Source: Desulfatiglandales bacterium (GTDB lineage Bacteria > Desulfobacterota > DSM-4660 > Desulfatiglandales > Desulfatiglandaceae). From it: a stretch of 64,000 bases of DNA. A model generated the notes under the pieces. The model was given only the letters and a program-made list of their open reading frames with translations. It did not search any database and was not told the DNA's origin. A program made the position numbers and the translations under genes. Below, one piece after another: positions 62,228 to 64,000 of this stretch; positions within the stretch are counted from its first letter, which is position 1, and each line of letters starts with the position of its first letter. The stretch spans positions 7,456,001 to 7,520,000 of the forward strand of contig OY759599.1 of NCBI GenBank assembly GCA_963662465.1, given 5' to 3'.

Positions 62228-63232
62228 CTAATTAATTTCAGAGATCTTCCCGCCCTTGTCAGCAGGCCCTTGCGTACCCTGAAGGCGGCGTAACACCCCT
62301 TCAAATGCCTCAATATCTGCACACCTGAACGTCTGCTTGAAAAGAGATTTTAAGCTGAACAGAGAGTCGATCCCCGCGATCTCTTCCTGGATCGCAGTTG
62401 TTACAATGCCGAATTTCTCAAGCAAAAAATCCAGAAGCATTTCCCGAGTGGCAGACACCGTACCCAGTGTCTTGCCTTCCTGGATGCCCAGTGTCTTGCC
62501 TTCCTGGATGCCCAGTGTTTTGCCTTCCTCAATTCCCTTTTCCATCGCGATTTCTATGATATCCAGCATCTTTATCTCCTCCCACATCTTCATAAGACGT
62601 TTTTTGTCAATCATCTTGTTGGCCAGAATCAACGTCGCGGCGGGCAGGCGGGCCGATATCTTGTTTTCCCGGAGAAGCTCCGCTTGAAAATGAACCACTT
62701 CTTCCACAAACCGGGCGCGGTTCTCTCCCTTTTCCTTCCCATACAGCGGCAATATTACCAGTTCCAGCCAATTCCTGAATGTACCCGCCTTGATCTCTTC
62801 GCGAATTTCCCGAAGCCGTTTTGCGCCATCCCGTTTGCTGAAATCGATCACCAGCGGCGCATACCTGCCACTCGTGGTATCGATGCTCAATTCTCCTGTT
62901 TCCACATCTCCGGATGCCAGAATCACATCCATCATCCCCGGTCCCCATTTTCCGGCGCCCATGAAGTGGTATGCCGCAAAACGATACAAATCCGAGCGCT
63001 TCAGGTTCCGTTGCTCCTCCAAATGAAAAAGCGCGCCTGTCCTGTCGCGCACCATTACATCCACCCGTCCCGCTTTCACGCTGATGTCCACCGGTTCAAA
63101 TGCAAACACCTCTTCAACCGGGGCGGTCTTGAGCCCGATGGCATCAAGGGTTTGGCCCTTAAGGGCGTCCGCAATCCATTTTACAATGAAATCATAATTC
63201 TGGAAATAGTCGGTTCCGTTTCTGCTTTCCAA
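62228..63232 (-). CDS. Rpn-like PD-(D/E)XK nuclease with tandem GIQEGKTL tail repeats
   Basis: RVDVM..HLEEQ catalytic pattern; EKGIEEG tail; 24-nt tandem repeats at ~62462-62535. Confidence 0.75.
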   Translation of the reverse strand: MESRNGTDYFQNYDFIVKWIADALKGQTLDAIGLKTAPVEEVFAFEPVDISVKAGRVDVMVRDRTGALFHLEEQRNLKRSDLYRFAAYHFMGAGKWGPGMMDVILASGDVETGELSIDTTSGRYAPLVIDFSKRDGAKRLREIREEIKAGTFRNWLELVILPLYGKEKGENRARFVEEVVHFQAELLRENKISARLPAATLILANKMIDKKRLMKMWEEIKMLDIIEIAMEKGIEEGKTLGIQEGKTLGIQEGKTLGTVSATREMLLDFLLEKFGIVTTAIQEEIAGIDSLFSLKSLFKQTFRCADIEAFEGVLRRLQGTQGPADKGGKISEIN

Positions 63233-63534
63233 AGGTTATCTCCGTGCCGATCCCGCTTCGTTATGAATTTTTCAGACTTCCCGCACACTTGAAACATATC
63301 CCATTTACATGTTTGTGTCAAAGTTTTCTCGTTCCCACGTTCTGTGGGGCGGACTGGGGTCGAACCAAGCCAACTGCCTGAATTCCAGCCAAAGATATTT
63401 TAAATTTTGGCTGCCGACGTAAGGCGGGACAGTTTCTCATTTGTTTGAACCTTGATTTTCTTGATTTCTTGATTTTTCATTCACGCTGCCGAGCATCATC
63501 ACGGCGATCAAGAACGTCTTTTTCATCAAGGTTC

Positions 63535-63742
63535 GGTAATCCCTACAAAACAGTGCAGGTCAATAATTTTAGAGGTGTACGGACCGGATGCACGACGTTT
63601 GTAGTGACGCCGTAAGGCGTTTGGTTGTATGACCACCCCCATGCCCTCACGAGCACACTACAAACTTAAAGATATCTCATTACAGCTCCTGTGCCTCCAA
63701 AATAGCTGATTTTTATACCTGCACTGTTTTGTAGGGATTGCC
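63535..63742. mobile_element. 208-bp MITE with 26-bp TIRs and 8-bp target-site duplication
   Basis: TIR GG(T/C)AATCCCTACAAAACAGTGCAGGT with 1 mismatch; CAAGGTTC duplicated at 63527-63534 and 63743-63750. Confidence 0.9.
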
Positions 63743-64000
63743 CAAGGTTCGGCCTTGCTCATCGTTCCGGCCATTTGTTGGGGCGAAAAACCCTTTTTTA
63801 AACTGTGCGCCCCGATAAACCTATGTTTCATAATCAAGCAATCCCGGCATCCTTTTTAATCATGGTTCAAGATGATGCCGCCAACGCCGAATTGCAAGGC
63901 AACGAGCACTGCCTAAATTGTCCCGGCTTGTGGCTGTAGCGGAAAACGGGAACGCGGGGTAATCCTGCACAAAAGCCTTGTGTGAACCGCAACCATAAGA

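Overview
A 64-kb chromosomal window from what looks like a Desulfobacterota (deltaproteobacterial) anaerobe; this is inferred from gene content and protein style. The housekeeping backbone includes a ZraP/S/R-like two-component locus, ppdK, comM, rpoZ-dnaJ-dksA, a tRNA nucleotidyltransferase-trpS-scpAB-rluB run, tRNA-Val(CAC), a TRAP transporter, cobS-cbiB, glnD and glmS. Several accessory patches are interleaved. The most intriguing is a tightly coupled four-gene minus-strand operon (39264-44340) just past a decayed integrase/IS scar at tRNA-Val. It encodes a MinD/ParA-type ATPase, an ECF S-component-like membrane domain fused to HAMP and a short tail, an 862-aa protein whose C-terminal half is a highly divergent S-adenosylhomocysteine-hydrolase (SAHH)-like enzyme, and a DUF985 cupin lipoprotein. 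It is a candidate small-molecule production/sensing module. Other highlights: a large exported FGE-sulfatase-domain protein with a DGR-like variable region and downstream stem-loop but no local RT, bracketed with a BrnTA pair by ~64-bp inverted repeats; a textbook attC site in an integrase-less cassette cluster carrying an ATPase plus TOPRIM-like pair; Rpn genes with intragenic antitoxin-like starts; an apparently exported RelA/SpoT-domain protein; a PEP-synthase paralog with a degenerate PEP-binding domain; inverted heptamer arrays; and a 208-bp MITE with an 8-bp target duplication. All family assignments come from recognising motifs by eye; no searches were run.
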